NCBI GenBank assembly: GCA_963681965.1
Contig: OY820579.1
Coordinates: forward strand, 2,592,001 to 2,656,000
Direction of reading: 5' to 3'
Source of the DNA: a bacterium
GTDB taxonomy: Bacteria; Electryoneota; JAOADG01
DNA: 64,000 nucleotides
Part shown: piece after piece, positions 55,101 to 63,700 of the stretch
How the letters are laid out: each line of letters starts with the position of its first letter
How positions within the stretch are numbered: position 1 is the first letter of the stretch
The notes under the pieces: model-generated
What the model saw: only the letters and a program-made list of their open reading frames with translations
What the model was told of the DNA's origin: nothing
Database searches by the model: none
Made by a program: the position numbers and the translations under genes

Positions 55101-56629
55101 TTGTCGATACTGAGATGCGAGGTTCTCAGACGATTCATGTTATGGCAGAGTATAACGACGGAATCGCTCGTTCCGATAGTTTCCAAATAGTATGTGCTGG
55201 TGCTGTGGGTAGTCCCATTTGGGTACGAGTCTCTCAGGCAGCAGCTCCACCAACGATCTCTATCTCTCCCACCACGATTCCGCAGTACAGCTCTACTGGC
55301 GGGTCACAGGATGTAACTGTCACCATAGGTGGCGGTGATACGACTGCTGCCTGGACATTTGGTTTATTACCCGAATGGTTGGTATTGAGTATCGAAGGGG
55401 AAATGAGAGGCTCCAAGTTGCTTCACGTTATTCTACAGTATAATGAGGGAGTCGCTCGCGTCGATAGTTTCCCGATTATTTGTTCAGGTGCTGTAGGGAG
55501 CCCGGTTTGGATCAAGGTGTCGCAGGCAGCCGGTCCAACCACGTTCGCAGTAACACCAACCACCATTCCACAATTCAGCAGTAGTGGTGGAACATATGAT
55601 GTTGCAGCGACGATAGGTGGCGGCGATACGACGGCAGCCTGGACATTCGGCACTTTCCCGTATTGGCTGATTCTGGTTGTCGATACTGAAATGCGAGGTT
55701 CACAGACGATTCATGTTATGGCAGAGTATAACGACGGAATCGCTCGTTCCGATAGTTTCCAAATAGTATGTGCTGGTGCTGTGGGTAGTCCCATTTGGGT
55801 ACGAGTCTCTCAGGCAGCAGCTCCACCAACGATCTCTATCTCTCCCACCACGATTCCGCAGTACAGCTCTACTGGCGGGTCACAGGATGTAACTGTCACC
55901 ATAGGTGGCGGTGATACGACTGCTGCTTGGACATTTGGTTTATTACCCGAATGGTTAGTATTGAGTATCGAAGGGGAAATGAGAGGCTCCCAGTTGCTTC
56001 ACGTTATTCTACAGTATAATGAAGGAGCTGCTCGTGCCGATAGTTTCCCGATTATTTGTTCAGGTGCTGTAGGGAGCCCGGTTTGGATCAAGGTGTCGCA
56101 AGCTGCGGGAACGCTTCCCCTTGTCGCGGCAATCTCCCCTATTCCATCGAGTGGTTCTGTGCTCATGTTGCTCCCGCCAGAGTTATCGTGGAATGGGGAT
56201 CCAAGTAATCCACAGTATGATATCTATCTGGGTACGAGTAATCCGCCATTGACATGTGTAGCCACCAATTTGGCAACATCTTCGTTTACACCAAGCACTC
56301 TAGTTGGCGATGGAATCTACTACTGGTATGTTGTTTCGCACAATGCGACAGATAGTATCCCGAGTGTAGTCTGGTCGTTCATGATTGATTCATCTGTGCC
56401 AACGCTGTCGATCACATATTCGAGCAATGAGGCACATTTAACTTGGAATGCAACAGCATTTCCACAGGTGAAGATCTACCGAAGTACAAGCTCGGCGTAC
56501 TTCACACCGTCGATTGCAACATTGTTGATGACGGTTCCAAGTTCGCCAAATTCGTATGTCGACTCGCCCGTGACTGGGCAATATTACTACAAGGTTACTT
56601 ATGTCAGCGAGGGAGCTTCTGCAAAATGA
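49175..56629 (+). CDS. Giant secreted surface protein/adhesin: Fn3-like units, one ASH/Ig unit, about 20 BACON-like repeats, C-terminal Fn3-like domains
   Basis: AGGAGG RBS, signal peptide ending AFA, repeats PSWI.L.P....G...V.V.A..N.G.AR.DSF...SP.WV.VSQ of about 96 aa. Confidence 0.9.
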   Translation: MIRRSTLLFLMVILAICSTQRAFAVPADPTTCIPTSGSVNQSITPNLVWSTSAGATGYDVYFGTMNPPTTRVSYNQSGNNYNPGTLVSYTVYYWKVIARNSTGTSPGTMNWYFRTIRTVPNDPTNPNPTNNATGIATNQVLSWTASYDADMYDVYFGTTNPPTTRVSQNQTGTTYTPTLSISTTYYWKVLARNAVGYSPGTIWRFTTGSQPNYQWNVSTLDFGNRGYRPTFSVDDTVYVENNGATNGTLSITPLSSTNFLVVSPTTSFSLAPGDSQAVILRFDPTTPGTLSSTFTANGTNSPTISVSGTTSFHSPPVQASDSTNLYCVHLTWPIESFTVYYRVFRSTTNDTATAIAMGTWTTLSTYDDSSAVAGTVYYYWVKMAFNSSGAYASDLYIAEPGSKLRPTTLVVTPDPMTPFLVAGGQQFLTITISGGRPTSAWRIDTLPSWISLSSNNSFGTRTIIVTAPANTGIGRSDSLRVFLVEYPTTYQWVSVSQETNITTLTATPNPIQVGSAESAVTLTASVTGHDPSAYWHAGTVPSWIQVIPSGQYGSGTTGVYIDANTGITRTDSIGLNCYDDPNVTTTWVRVIQHAGPPILSVSPTTISQFVYGGGSQNTTVTIGGGNPSATWTTSNVPSWITLNPTTSTGTRTVSVTASANTGLARSDSFQVASSGATGSPVWVKVSQATLPTTLSVSPTTITQFAYGGGSQTTTITIGGGNPSATWITGNIPSWITLNPATSTGTRTVTITAAMNSSTARSDSFQVTSTGATGSPVWVKVSQVASTTISVSANPMSQFVYTGGTQNLTVTVAGSSPTATWSTSNVPSWITLNPTTYAGTRTITVTAAANAGTTRSDSFQVVSTGAVGSPTWVKVSQAYAGTLLTVTPTTMPQFNGTLRSQSIALSISGTNPTAAWTISNLPSWISVNSSSGSGSASVTVSAVTNTGAARADSFRVNCTASIVNPIWVKVSQDHAPVTVSIVVFEGDLRNLAYNGQDIQFFVSVQGYDPTESRTADQFPSWAPGTPYGDGFTLHIAANPGFERTDSIRVTCINSIASPYYVVLRQNPALTSMSVTPTTLSQFAKTGGTQTTAVSFIGRLLSSPWTASNIPSWISLSPSSGAGGSSISVTAQANSGIARADSFQVSSTGIIGSPIWVKVSQAAGSLLSTSLTTIPQFTDAGGAQSFSVNVTGGISNATWTASNIPSWITLNPTTFAGTRTVVATASANTGIARADSFQVASTGAVGSPLWVRVSQAVGATTLSVLPTIVTQFANSGGSQNVTVSVGGGNPTATWTTSNVPSWITLNPTSYAGSRAVSVTAQASFISARSDSFRIACTGATGSPVWVKVSQAVGATTLAVNPTTLSLFNATVTSQPMAITIGGYNLSAPWTINSVPSWVNVSSVSGSGSANLTVSTVTNTGAARVDSFRVNCPGTLGSPIWVKVSQDHAPVSLNIYPNSDANDQMRYEGYGYNGTDYFLVYVESTGYDTHEPWTVDHIPSWCNDLYTSQVDGTILFRVTPNTGFERSDTLRVLCANAIGSPYNIILRQNPFLTSMVVSPTTITQFPAIGNSQIISLSFTGRLLTSAWSTSNVPSWISLNPSSGNGGRSIAVVASANGGVARADSFQISSTGIIGSPVWVKVSQTAGTTLSTSLTTLPQFSNSGGSQSVTVNVTGGITNATWTTSNVPSWISLIPTTYAGTRTVTVTALANAGGARSDSFQVNSTGAVGSPIWVKVSQAAGATIFSVSPNPLAQFDPQGMAQNLSISISGGNPTAAWSVANLPSWISLNSSSGAGSATVTVTASANSGVARSDSFQVSSTGATGSPIWVRVSQAAAPPTISISPTTIPQYSSTGGSQDVTVTIGGGDTTAAWTFGLLPEWLVLSIEGEMRGSQLLHVILQYNEGVARADSFPIICSGAVGSPVWIKVSQAAGPTTFAVTPTTIPQFSSSGGTYDVAATIGGGDTTAAWTFGTFPYWLILVVDTEMRGSQTIHVMAEYNDGIARSDSFQIVCAGAVGSPIWVRVSQAAAPPTISISPTTIPQYSSTGGSQDVTVTIGGGDTTAAWTFGLLPEWLVLSIEGEMRGSKLLHVILQYNEGVARVDSFPIICSGAVGSPVWIKVSQAAGPTTFAVTPTTIPQFSSSGGTYDVAATIGGGDTTAAWTFGTFPYWLILVVDTEMRGSQTIHVMAEYNDGIARSDSFQIVCAGAVGSPIWVRVSQAAAPPTISISPTTIPQYSSTGGSQDVTVTIGGGDTTAAWTFGLLPEWLVLSIEGEMRGSQLLHVILQYNEGAARADSFPIICSGAVGSPVWIKVSQAAGTLPLVAAISPIPSSGSVLMLLPPELSWNGDPSNPQYDIYLGTSNPPLTCVATNLATSSFTPSTLVGDGIYYWYVVSHNATDSIPSVVWSFMIDSSVPTLSITYSSNEAHLTWNATAFPQVKIYRSTSSAYFTPSIATLLMTVPSSPNSYVDSPVTGQYYYKVTYVSEGASAK
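54638..56105 (+). repeat. Near-identical intragenic tandem repeat, 576-bp period, about 2.5 copies
   Basis: CCCATTTGGGTACGAGTCTCTCAGGC recurs at 54638, 55214 and 55790. Confidence 0.92.
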
Positions 56630-56829
56630 GGGTCAATCCGAGTTGAGTCACTAATGAAATGGGTAATGATGATGGAGTGATCACCCAAATCGAAATTGGT
56701 GCAATTACTCGTCCACAAATTGATGTCAAGCCAGTCTGTCTTGAGAGAAATGTCAAGATGACCACTTAGCGAGGTGAAGTTCTAAGTATCAGATCACACT
56801 GAAAGTCGTTATATGTCTTTCGCAATTTG

Positions 56830-56861
56830 CCCCCTATTTACTACCGTAGATAGGGGGTTTT
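56830..56861 (+). terminator. Putative intrinsic terminator
   Basis: CCCCCTATTTAC-tacc-GTAGATAGGGGG followed by TTTT. Confidence 0.6.
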
Positions 56862-57194
56862 AGCATCTAGTTAAAAAAACTAGTTCCGTTCTCATTACGT
56901 AAGATCGAAGGGTAATTAATCAAGAGACAACTCATACAAGATCCGCCCAAACGCATTATTGTTTAGTTAGCGTCGAATGTGATCCAAGTGATAAATTGAG
57001 ACAATGAAATTTATCACATGGATAGTCCGACTTATCAGCGAAGCACAATTCGATAAGAAAGCGTATCACTTACATAATCTCTAAATACGGAAACTTTTCA
57101 ATAAATCGATTACAGACATTTACGATGAGTTCTAGTTCGATATTGAATGATCCAATTAATGTTCGGGGGCAGTACGAATAAGTCAATCACTAAC

Positions 57195-59792
57195 ATGAAC
57201 GATTCACCAATCAAGAAGATAAAAAAAACTACTTCAGTGTTGGATCTCGACGGACTTACAGGTCTAAGTGAAGTTGAAGCTAAAGCGCGATTGCAACTGG
57301 AAGGATTTAACGAACTACCCGCTCAGAAAAACCGTAGCTTATTCAAAATTATTTTCGAAGTTGCTCGCGAACCGATGTTTATCATGTTACTAGCTGCTGG
57401 ATCCCTTTACTTCTTAATGGGTGAACCGGTGGATGCATTGATGCTACTCGGCTTTGTGCTCGTTGTAATGGCAATTACGATTATTCAGGAACGGCGCACA
57501 GAGCATGCGCTTGAAGCTTTAAGAGATTTATCAAGTCCAAGAACTCTCGTTATTCGTGATGGGTCTCATCAAAGGATCGCCGGACGTGAAGTCGCTAGGG
57601 GCGATTTTGTTGTCTTATCCGAAGGTGATCGCGTGCCCGCAGATGGCTTGTTGCGGCGAGGAATCAACCTATCAGCCGATGAGTCTCTGTTATCAGGTGA
57701 ATCGAATCCGGTCAGAAAAACCGCATCGTCGGATATCATTACTCTCGATACACCGGGTGGCGACGATCTGCCCTCTCTGTTTTCAGGAACATTGGTTACA
57801 ACTGGTCAAGGTATCATCGAAGTCACCGCAACAGGTTTTCGCTCTGAGTTGGGTAAGATTGGAAAAGCATTAGATCAAATAAGTCCTGAACCTACTCCTC
57901 TTCAAAAAGAGATGGGACGACTCGTTCGAACTTTTGCTATCGTAGGCATGGTTGCATGTTCAATTGTGGTTGTAGCTTTTGCCCTAACTCGTGGGGGAGG
58001 TGCCAATGTATGGAAAGAGGGAATCCTTGCAGGAATCGCAATGGCAATGGCAGTTTTACCGGAAGAGTTTCCCGTAATACTAACAATCTTTCTCGCACTT
58101 GGAGCTTGGCGAATCTCGCGAATTAAGGTTTTGACGAGGAGAATGCCGGTTATTGAGACTTTAGGATCTGCGACAGTGCTTTGTGTCGATAAGACTGGTA
58201 CTCTAACTCAAAATCAAATGACTTTACAACAGCTAATGGTTGATTCTGAGTTAATAGAACTCTCTTCTACTTCCACCGAACTGTCAGAAAGCGCTCACAA
58301 CCTGCTGGAATGTGCAATTCTTGCCAGTAATCGAGATCCATTTGATCCGATGGAACGCGCGTTGCATGAAGCAGGTAAAAAGTTGATCGCCGATACAGAG
58401 CACCTGCATCCGGATTGGTCGCTGGAGTGTGATTACCCATTAACACCTAGTCTACTGGCAATGAGTCTTGCTTGGCGAAAAGGGAATACCGATGAGATTG
58501 TAGTTTCGGCTAAAGGTGCACCGGAGGCTATTGCGGAATTGTGTCATATGACAATCGAACAGCGATCGAAATTGGTTAAAGATGTAGAATCTTTAGCGAG
58601 TATTGGTTCTCGCGTGTTGGGTGTAGCACGCTGTGAGATGAAACAAATCAGCCTTCCTGATCAACAGCACGATTTAGCACTCAAATTCGTAGGGTTGATC
58701 GGTTTTCAAGATCCACTTCGATCAACAGTTCCTGCAGCAATTGGAGAATGCCAGACCGCTGGTATACGGGTCGTAATGATCACCGGCGATTATCCTGCTA
58801 CCGCTCAGAGCATTGCGCGTCAGGCTGGACTAACAAACTGCGATAATGTAATCACAGGTACCGAGCTGAACAGTATGACCGATGAGACTCTTGCACAACG
58901 GATAAAGGATGTGCAAGTATTTGCCCGTGTAATTCCCGAACAAAAACTCCGTATTGTAAATGCACTAAAGGAAAACAAAGAGATTGTTGCGATGACCGGT
59001 GATGGAGTTAATGATGCTCCAGCGCTGAAAGCTGCTCATATCGGTATTGCGATGGGGGGGAGGGGAACGGATGTGGCACGTGAATCTGCCTCATTAGTAC
59101 TTCTAAATGATGACTTCTCTTCAATTGTATTAGCCGTAAAGCTTGGCAGGCGTATCTTCGACAACATTAAGAAAGCAATTGCATTCACTTTGGCAGTTCA
59201 TGTTCCTATTGCAGGATTATCGATGATTCCGGTTTTTATCTCTGACTGGCCTCTGCTACTGTTACCAATACACATTGTATTTTTGGAACTGATCATCGAT
59301 CCATCTTGTTCGCTAATCTTCGAAGCAGAGGATGCGGAATCCAATGTGATGAAGCGTCCTCCTCGCAAACCTGAAGAACATCTCTTTTCACTGCGAACGG
59401 TTGGAATGGCAATATTTCAGGGTGTATGCGTTCTCGCTATTTGTATCGGTGTATTTCTATATGCGCGAGTCGATCATTCGCCGGAAGTCGCAAGTGCAAT
59501 GATGTTCGCTACTTTGGTTGTTTCATTCATCGTGATCATTCTCGTGAATCGATCTTGGACAAGATCTGTCTTTGCGATGTTCCGAGTTCCGAACGAAGCG
59601 CTTAAGTGGGTTGTTCTTGGCACATTAGTTATTCTCAGTGGCGTTCTATTTATTCCATTCGCCCAACGACTATTTCACTTTGCACCACTTGATGTAGTTG
59701 ACATTGTAATATGTTTAGGAACCACAGCAGTATGTTTTTTAATTTTTGAGTTGGTAAAACGGATAGGTAGGAAATATTGGGTGTTAGTATAA
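57195..59792 (+). CDS. Cation-transporting P-type ATPase (P2, Ca2+-like)
   Basis: DESLLSGES, PEEFP, DKTGT, KGAPE, DPLR, MITGD, MTGDGVNDAPALK. Confidence 0.95.
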   Translation: MNDSPIKKIKKTTSVLDLDGLTGLSEVEAKARLQLEGFNELPAQKNRSLFKIIFEVAREPMFIMLLAAGSLYFLMGEPVDALMLLGFVLVVMAITIIQERRTEHALEALRDLSSPRTLVIRDGSHQRIAGREVARGDFVVLSEGDRVPADGLLRRGINLSADESLLSGESNPVRKTASSDIITLDTPGGDDLPSLFSGTLVTTGQGIIEVTATGFRSELGKIGKALDQISPEPTPLQKEMGRLVRTFAIVGMVACSIVVVAFALTRGGGANVWKEGILAGIAMAMAVLPEEFPVILTIFLALGAWRISRIKVLTRRMPVIETLGSATVLCVDKTGTLTQNQMTLQQLMVDSELIELSSTSTELSESAHNLLECAILASNRDPFDPMERALHEAGKKLIADTEHLHPDWSLECDYPLTPSLLAMSLAWRKGNTDEIVVSAKGAPEAIAELCHMTIEQRSKLVKDVESLASIGSRVLGVARCEMKQISLPDQQHDLALKFVGLIGFQDPLRSTVPAAIGECQTAGIRVVMITGDYPATAQSIARQAGLTNCDNVITGTELNSMTDETLAQRIKDVQVFARVIPEQKLRIVNALKENKEIVAMTGDGVNDAPALKAAHIGIAMGGRGTDVARESASLVLLNDDFSSIVLAVKLGRRIFDNIKKAIAFTLAVHVPIAGLSMIPVFISDWPLLLLPIHIVFLELIIDPSCSLIFEAEDAESNVMKRPPRKPEEHLFSLRTVGMAIFQGVCVLAICIGVFLYARVDHSPEVASAMMFATLVVSFIVIILVNRSWTRSVFAMFRVPNEALKWVVLGTLVILSGVLFIPFAQRLFHFAPLDVVDIVICLGTTAVCFLIFELVKRIGRKYWVLV

Positions 59793-60006
59793 ATCCATTC
59801 CGACTAAGCGAGTTATTCATTCAGTATTAATCGGACTCGTCGCGATGAAATAGTTACATTATTATACTGGAAGACACCTAGTTTTTACCTACCAGTGTAT
59901 GATTATTCGAATATGTAAGTAGTCAATGAGAGAGGGTTGCTCCGATAAGCACAATGGTGCACCTCTAGACCATTTCGAATGCAGATAAATTGACTTAGGG
60001 TGAACA

Positions 60007-60447
60007 ATGGCAAATAGAATAATTAATGAATCGGTAGAAACGTATCTCGATAACCTGCCTCAAGATCGTAAGGAAATTGTTACTTCAGTACGTGAAGTGA
60101 TTATAGCGAATCTACCAGCGGGGTATGAAGAAGGGATCCTCTATGGAATGATATGCTACTTTGTACCACTGGATCGTTATCCCGATACCTACAATAAACA
60201 ACCGCTAATGCTTGCAGGAATTGCTTCCAGAAAAAGTTACCTGTCGCTTCATTTAGTAGCTGTTTACGGAAAAAAAGAGTTGAACGAATGGCTTGTGGAA
60301 GAATGGAGCAAGACCGGAAAAAAACTGAATATGGGTAAAGGGTGTATTCATTTTAAAAAAATCGATGATCTACCACTTGAGCTGATCGCTAAAACTATCG
60401 CTAAAGTTCCCGTATCGGAATTCATCACGTTATTCGAAAAAAAGTAA
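60007..60447 (+). CDS. DUF1801 domain protein
   Basis: R.VI..NLP.GYEE...YGMI.Y.VPL..YPDTYN.QPL....IAS.K.Y.SLHL...MGK.CI.FKK..DLP. Confidence 0.88.
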   Translation: MANRIINESVETYLDNLPQDRKEIVTSVREVIIANLPAGYEEGILYGMICYFVPLDRYPDTYNKQPLMLAGIASRKSYLSLHLVAVYGKKELNEWLVEEWSKTGKKLNMGKGCIHFKKIDDLPLELIAKTIAKVPVSEFITLFEKK

Positions 60448-60563
60448 AACGATTTCGATTTTCTCCGAGCCAGATCGGGTAAGAATTTACCATTGGAACT
60501 TACTGACTCGCGAAAAAGATCGCAGGTTACAAGTTAGTAGAGACAATTTGTTCTATAGTAGTT

Positions 60564-60651
60564 CTTGAAAATAAGTTGTCATGATTCGGTGTCAGGCTTT
60601 ACCTGAACTGCTATTAGTCGCTCCTGCTATCGATGACAACTTATTTTCAAG
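60564..60651. repeat. 88-bp element bounded by a perfect 19-bp inverted repeat
   Basis: CTTGAAAATAAGTTGTCAT ... ATGACAACTTATTTTCAAG between convergent genes. Confidence 0.8.
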
Positions 60652-60733
60652 CGATACATTAGTTAAGCGGATTATTATCCCCTGTTTTAGCCTGTCCAAT
60701 AACCTTTCTCGATAGAATTAGCTTCTCTAACAA

Positions 60734-63700
60734 TTACTTCGAATCGGTAGAACCGACCGGTGAGTAAAATGAATTAACGCGATAGTAATATTGCATACCG
60801 ATTCCCGCCGTACTGTCTTGATACACTGTCGAGGGAGATAGCACCGATCCAATCAGCGTGCCGATACCCGGAGGAGTGAAGTACCCATTGTTGCCATACC
60901 GGTATACATTATATCCGCTAACAGTTCCCGACGCTGTCAACCAATTCAAGGTGGCAATACTGGTATTGCGATCGAACAAAATTGATAGATTAGCTGGAAT
61001 TCCCGGTATGATATACGCACTTCCCGTTAAAGGAATCGACAAGATAGGGTGTCTACTGGCATTTGAAGTAATCCTTAAAGAATCGGACAAAGTGCCTGTA
61101 GACAAAGGTGTCCAAGTGATCAGCAGTGCCGACGAATCGTTTACCGCAATTGTCCGAGATGTCCAACTCTTCGTGACGTTAGCAGGAGCAGTTATATTCG
61201 TAATCGTTAACGGAAGATATCCGGTACTCCGAATATAAATCGTTTGACTTCCCGAAGACCCCACCGCTACGGCACCTAAACCAATCGAGGTGCTACGTAC
61301 GGTAATCTCAGGATGCCCGATTGCCACTCCATTAATCGTAACCGCCCACCGCTTGATATTGAAAGCATCGGAAACGACAATCAGAGAATCCGAAAGATTG
61401 CCCGAAGTTACTGGATGCCAGGTGAGGGACAATTGAGCCGAATCACCAGGTAATATTGTCCGAGTCGTCCAATTGGTTGTGATTGTCGCAGGCGATCTTG
61501 CAATCGAAGTATTGGTAATATGCAAAGTATCGGTACCGGGATTGCGTAAATACAACGATCGCACCTGAGATCCTCCCGTTTCGACAGTGTCGAATGCAAT
61601 ATTCGAAACACCCGGCATACACATCTGACCACGTGCTGTTCCAGTCAATCTAATAACCATCCTAGATCTATTGATTGCATTCGTAGTCACCACAACAGAA
61701 TCGTTGATTGGATTATTCCAGTGCGGTGTCCAAGCCAATGTGAATGTGCCAGTGGTTCCACCTGCCACTGCAAACGAGGAAGTCGCGAAACCGACATCGG
61801 GAGGGCTGGATGTCAACGAATAAAACAGCGAATCATTCCCGGAATTCACAAGATGGATAGTTATCGTTCGGGTACTATCGACATGCACGGATCCAAAGCT
61901 CATAACAGTGTCCGGTGAACTGACTACGGCACCTCGCCCATATCCCGATAGCGGAACAGCATAACGAGAAGAATTCGTCGCATTTGATCGCACATAAAGG
62001 GTATCGTGCCACGTTCCCAAGGTAGTCGCAACCCAGGTAAGAATATTCACGATTGAATCACCCGGTGCGATATTGCGAGTCGACCAAGTGGTGGATACGG
62101 TTGTCGGCAAATCGATACCAGTGATTCGGAGGGTATCGGTTCCACTATTGCGGATATACAGATTACTTAATTTTCCACTACCAACATGTCCATCGGCAAA
62201 ATCGAGTGGTCTTGGAGAAGTCGAAATGATGGCTGTCAGTGGCAAAATGGTAAATATTCGATCACTAACATCGTATAATGTCGCATTATTCGATACCACC
62301 GCTTTGTAGAGCGCATTGGTCGTTCCAACATTGGGTACAGTGTGATTGTAGGTAACATTTCCCGGTGGCTGATTGCGAATTTGACACAAAGCAATCCAAC
62401 TGACTCCATTGTTCGTCGAATAAAACATATCGGTACCAGTTGCGGTATCGCCGACCGTTGTGAAAAATCGAATAGCCTGTGTCGATCCAGCTTGCCAGCT
62501 TTCACCACCATTAGGAGACAACACCCGAATTCCGGTAGTAACAATCGAAAACATCTGATTGCTGACATCGAAAATGGTCGGATTGTTTACTGAACTGACC
62601 CGAATTAAACAGGAATCCGACGCATTATTCGGAACCAACCAATTCAAACAGGTATCCAGATAGGGTGCGATACCAAGTTGCGACCAAATAAAACCGTTGT
62701 TAAACGAAACCTCAACTTTAACTGAATCCGGTATTCTAGGGACAAACCGAATATTCACTAGTTGATTGGGAGCGTAATATTCCCCTCCATTTGGAGAAGT
62801 CAAACTAATTGAAGGGATGATGATAGAAAAAGCAGCATCGGAAACGTCGGAATATGTCCGACTTTGATTCGAGATTCGGATCAATCCGCCAGTCGTTGCT
62901 GTCGCCGGAATCGACCAGATATAGGGTTGAATTAGACCCGCTGAACTGGAATCGATTCTGATCCAACTTGTCCCCGAATTGGTGGAATATTCGAGACGAT
63001 AGACAGACGCACCATTCACTGCTGTCCACGTGATAAATCGATTCTGATTCGAATATAAGAGTTCTCCTCCATTAGGCGACAGTACTTGGAGTTGCGGATT
63101 CGATGTTATTGTGAACATCGCATGACTGCTGTCTGCGATCGATCCATCTTCGTTGACAATCTTGATACGACAACGTGTCGATGCTAATGACGGAACCGTC
63201 CATGGATAAGGTGAAACTGCCAAACCGGAATTGATCATCGTCCAGCTTGTGCCGTTATCGGTCGTCAAGAATATTTGATACACCGAGGTGTTGGAAGTTG
63301 CCCAAGTAAGATTGTGGCTGAATCCGGCATTCCACGTTTCACCGCCAACCGGCGATAATAGTTGCATGGTTGGGGGAGTCATAATTGTGAAAATATTACT
63401 CGAGAATCCACTCACTTCCGGGGTCATTGCGAGTGATCGGACACGTATGCTGGAATTATTTGTTACTGCTCCTGCAACAGTCCACAAGTAACTTCCGGAA
63501 TTCGATGTATTGGCAGCAATCGTTTCCCATGATCCGTTTGGATAGTTGCGATTAAGTTCAATTGCCACATTACCGGTGATGCTCTGGAATGACCATTGAA
63601 TGGATCGCGAACTTCCCAAAGTCCAGCGTTCACCGCCATTGGGTGCGGTAACTGAAATCGTATGGGGTTGAACAACAACCAAAGGTGTGTCGGAATAAGC

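Noticed and set aside
54638-56105. Tandem repeats as a CRISPR array or DGR template/variable pair
   Set aside because: The 576-bp in-frame units have no spacers, the few differences do not look adenine-specific, and no cas or reverse transcriptase gene is present
56880-57194. yybP-ykoY riboswitch upstream of the P-type ATPase
   Set aside because: Only a loose GGGGCAGTAC; no supporting stems
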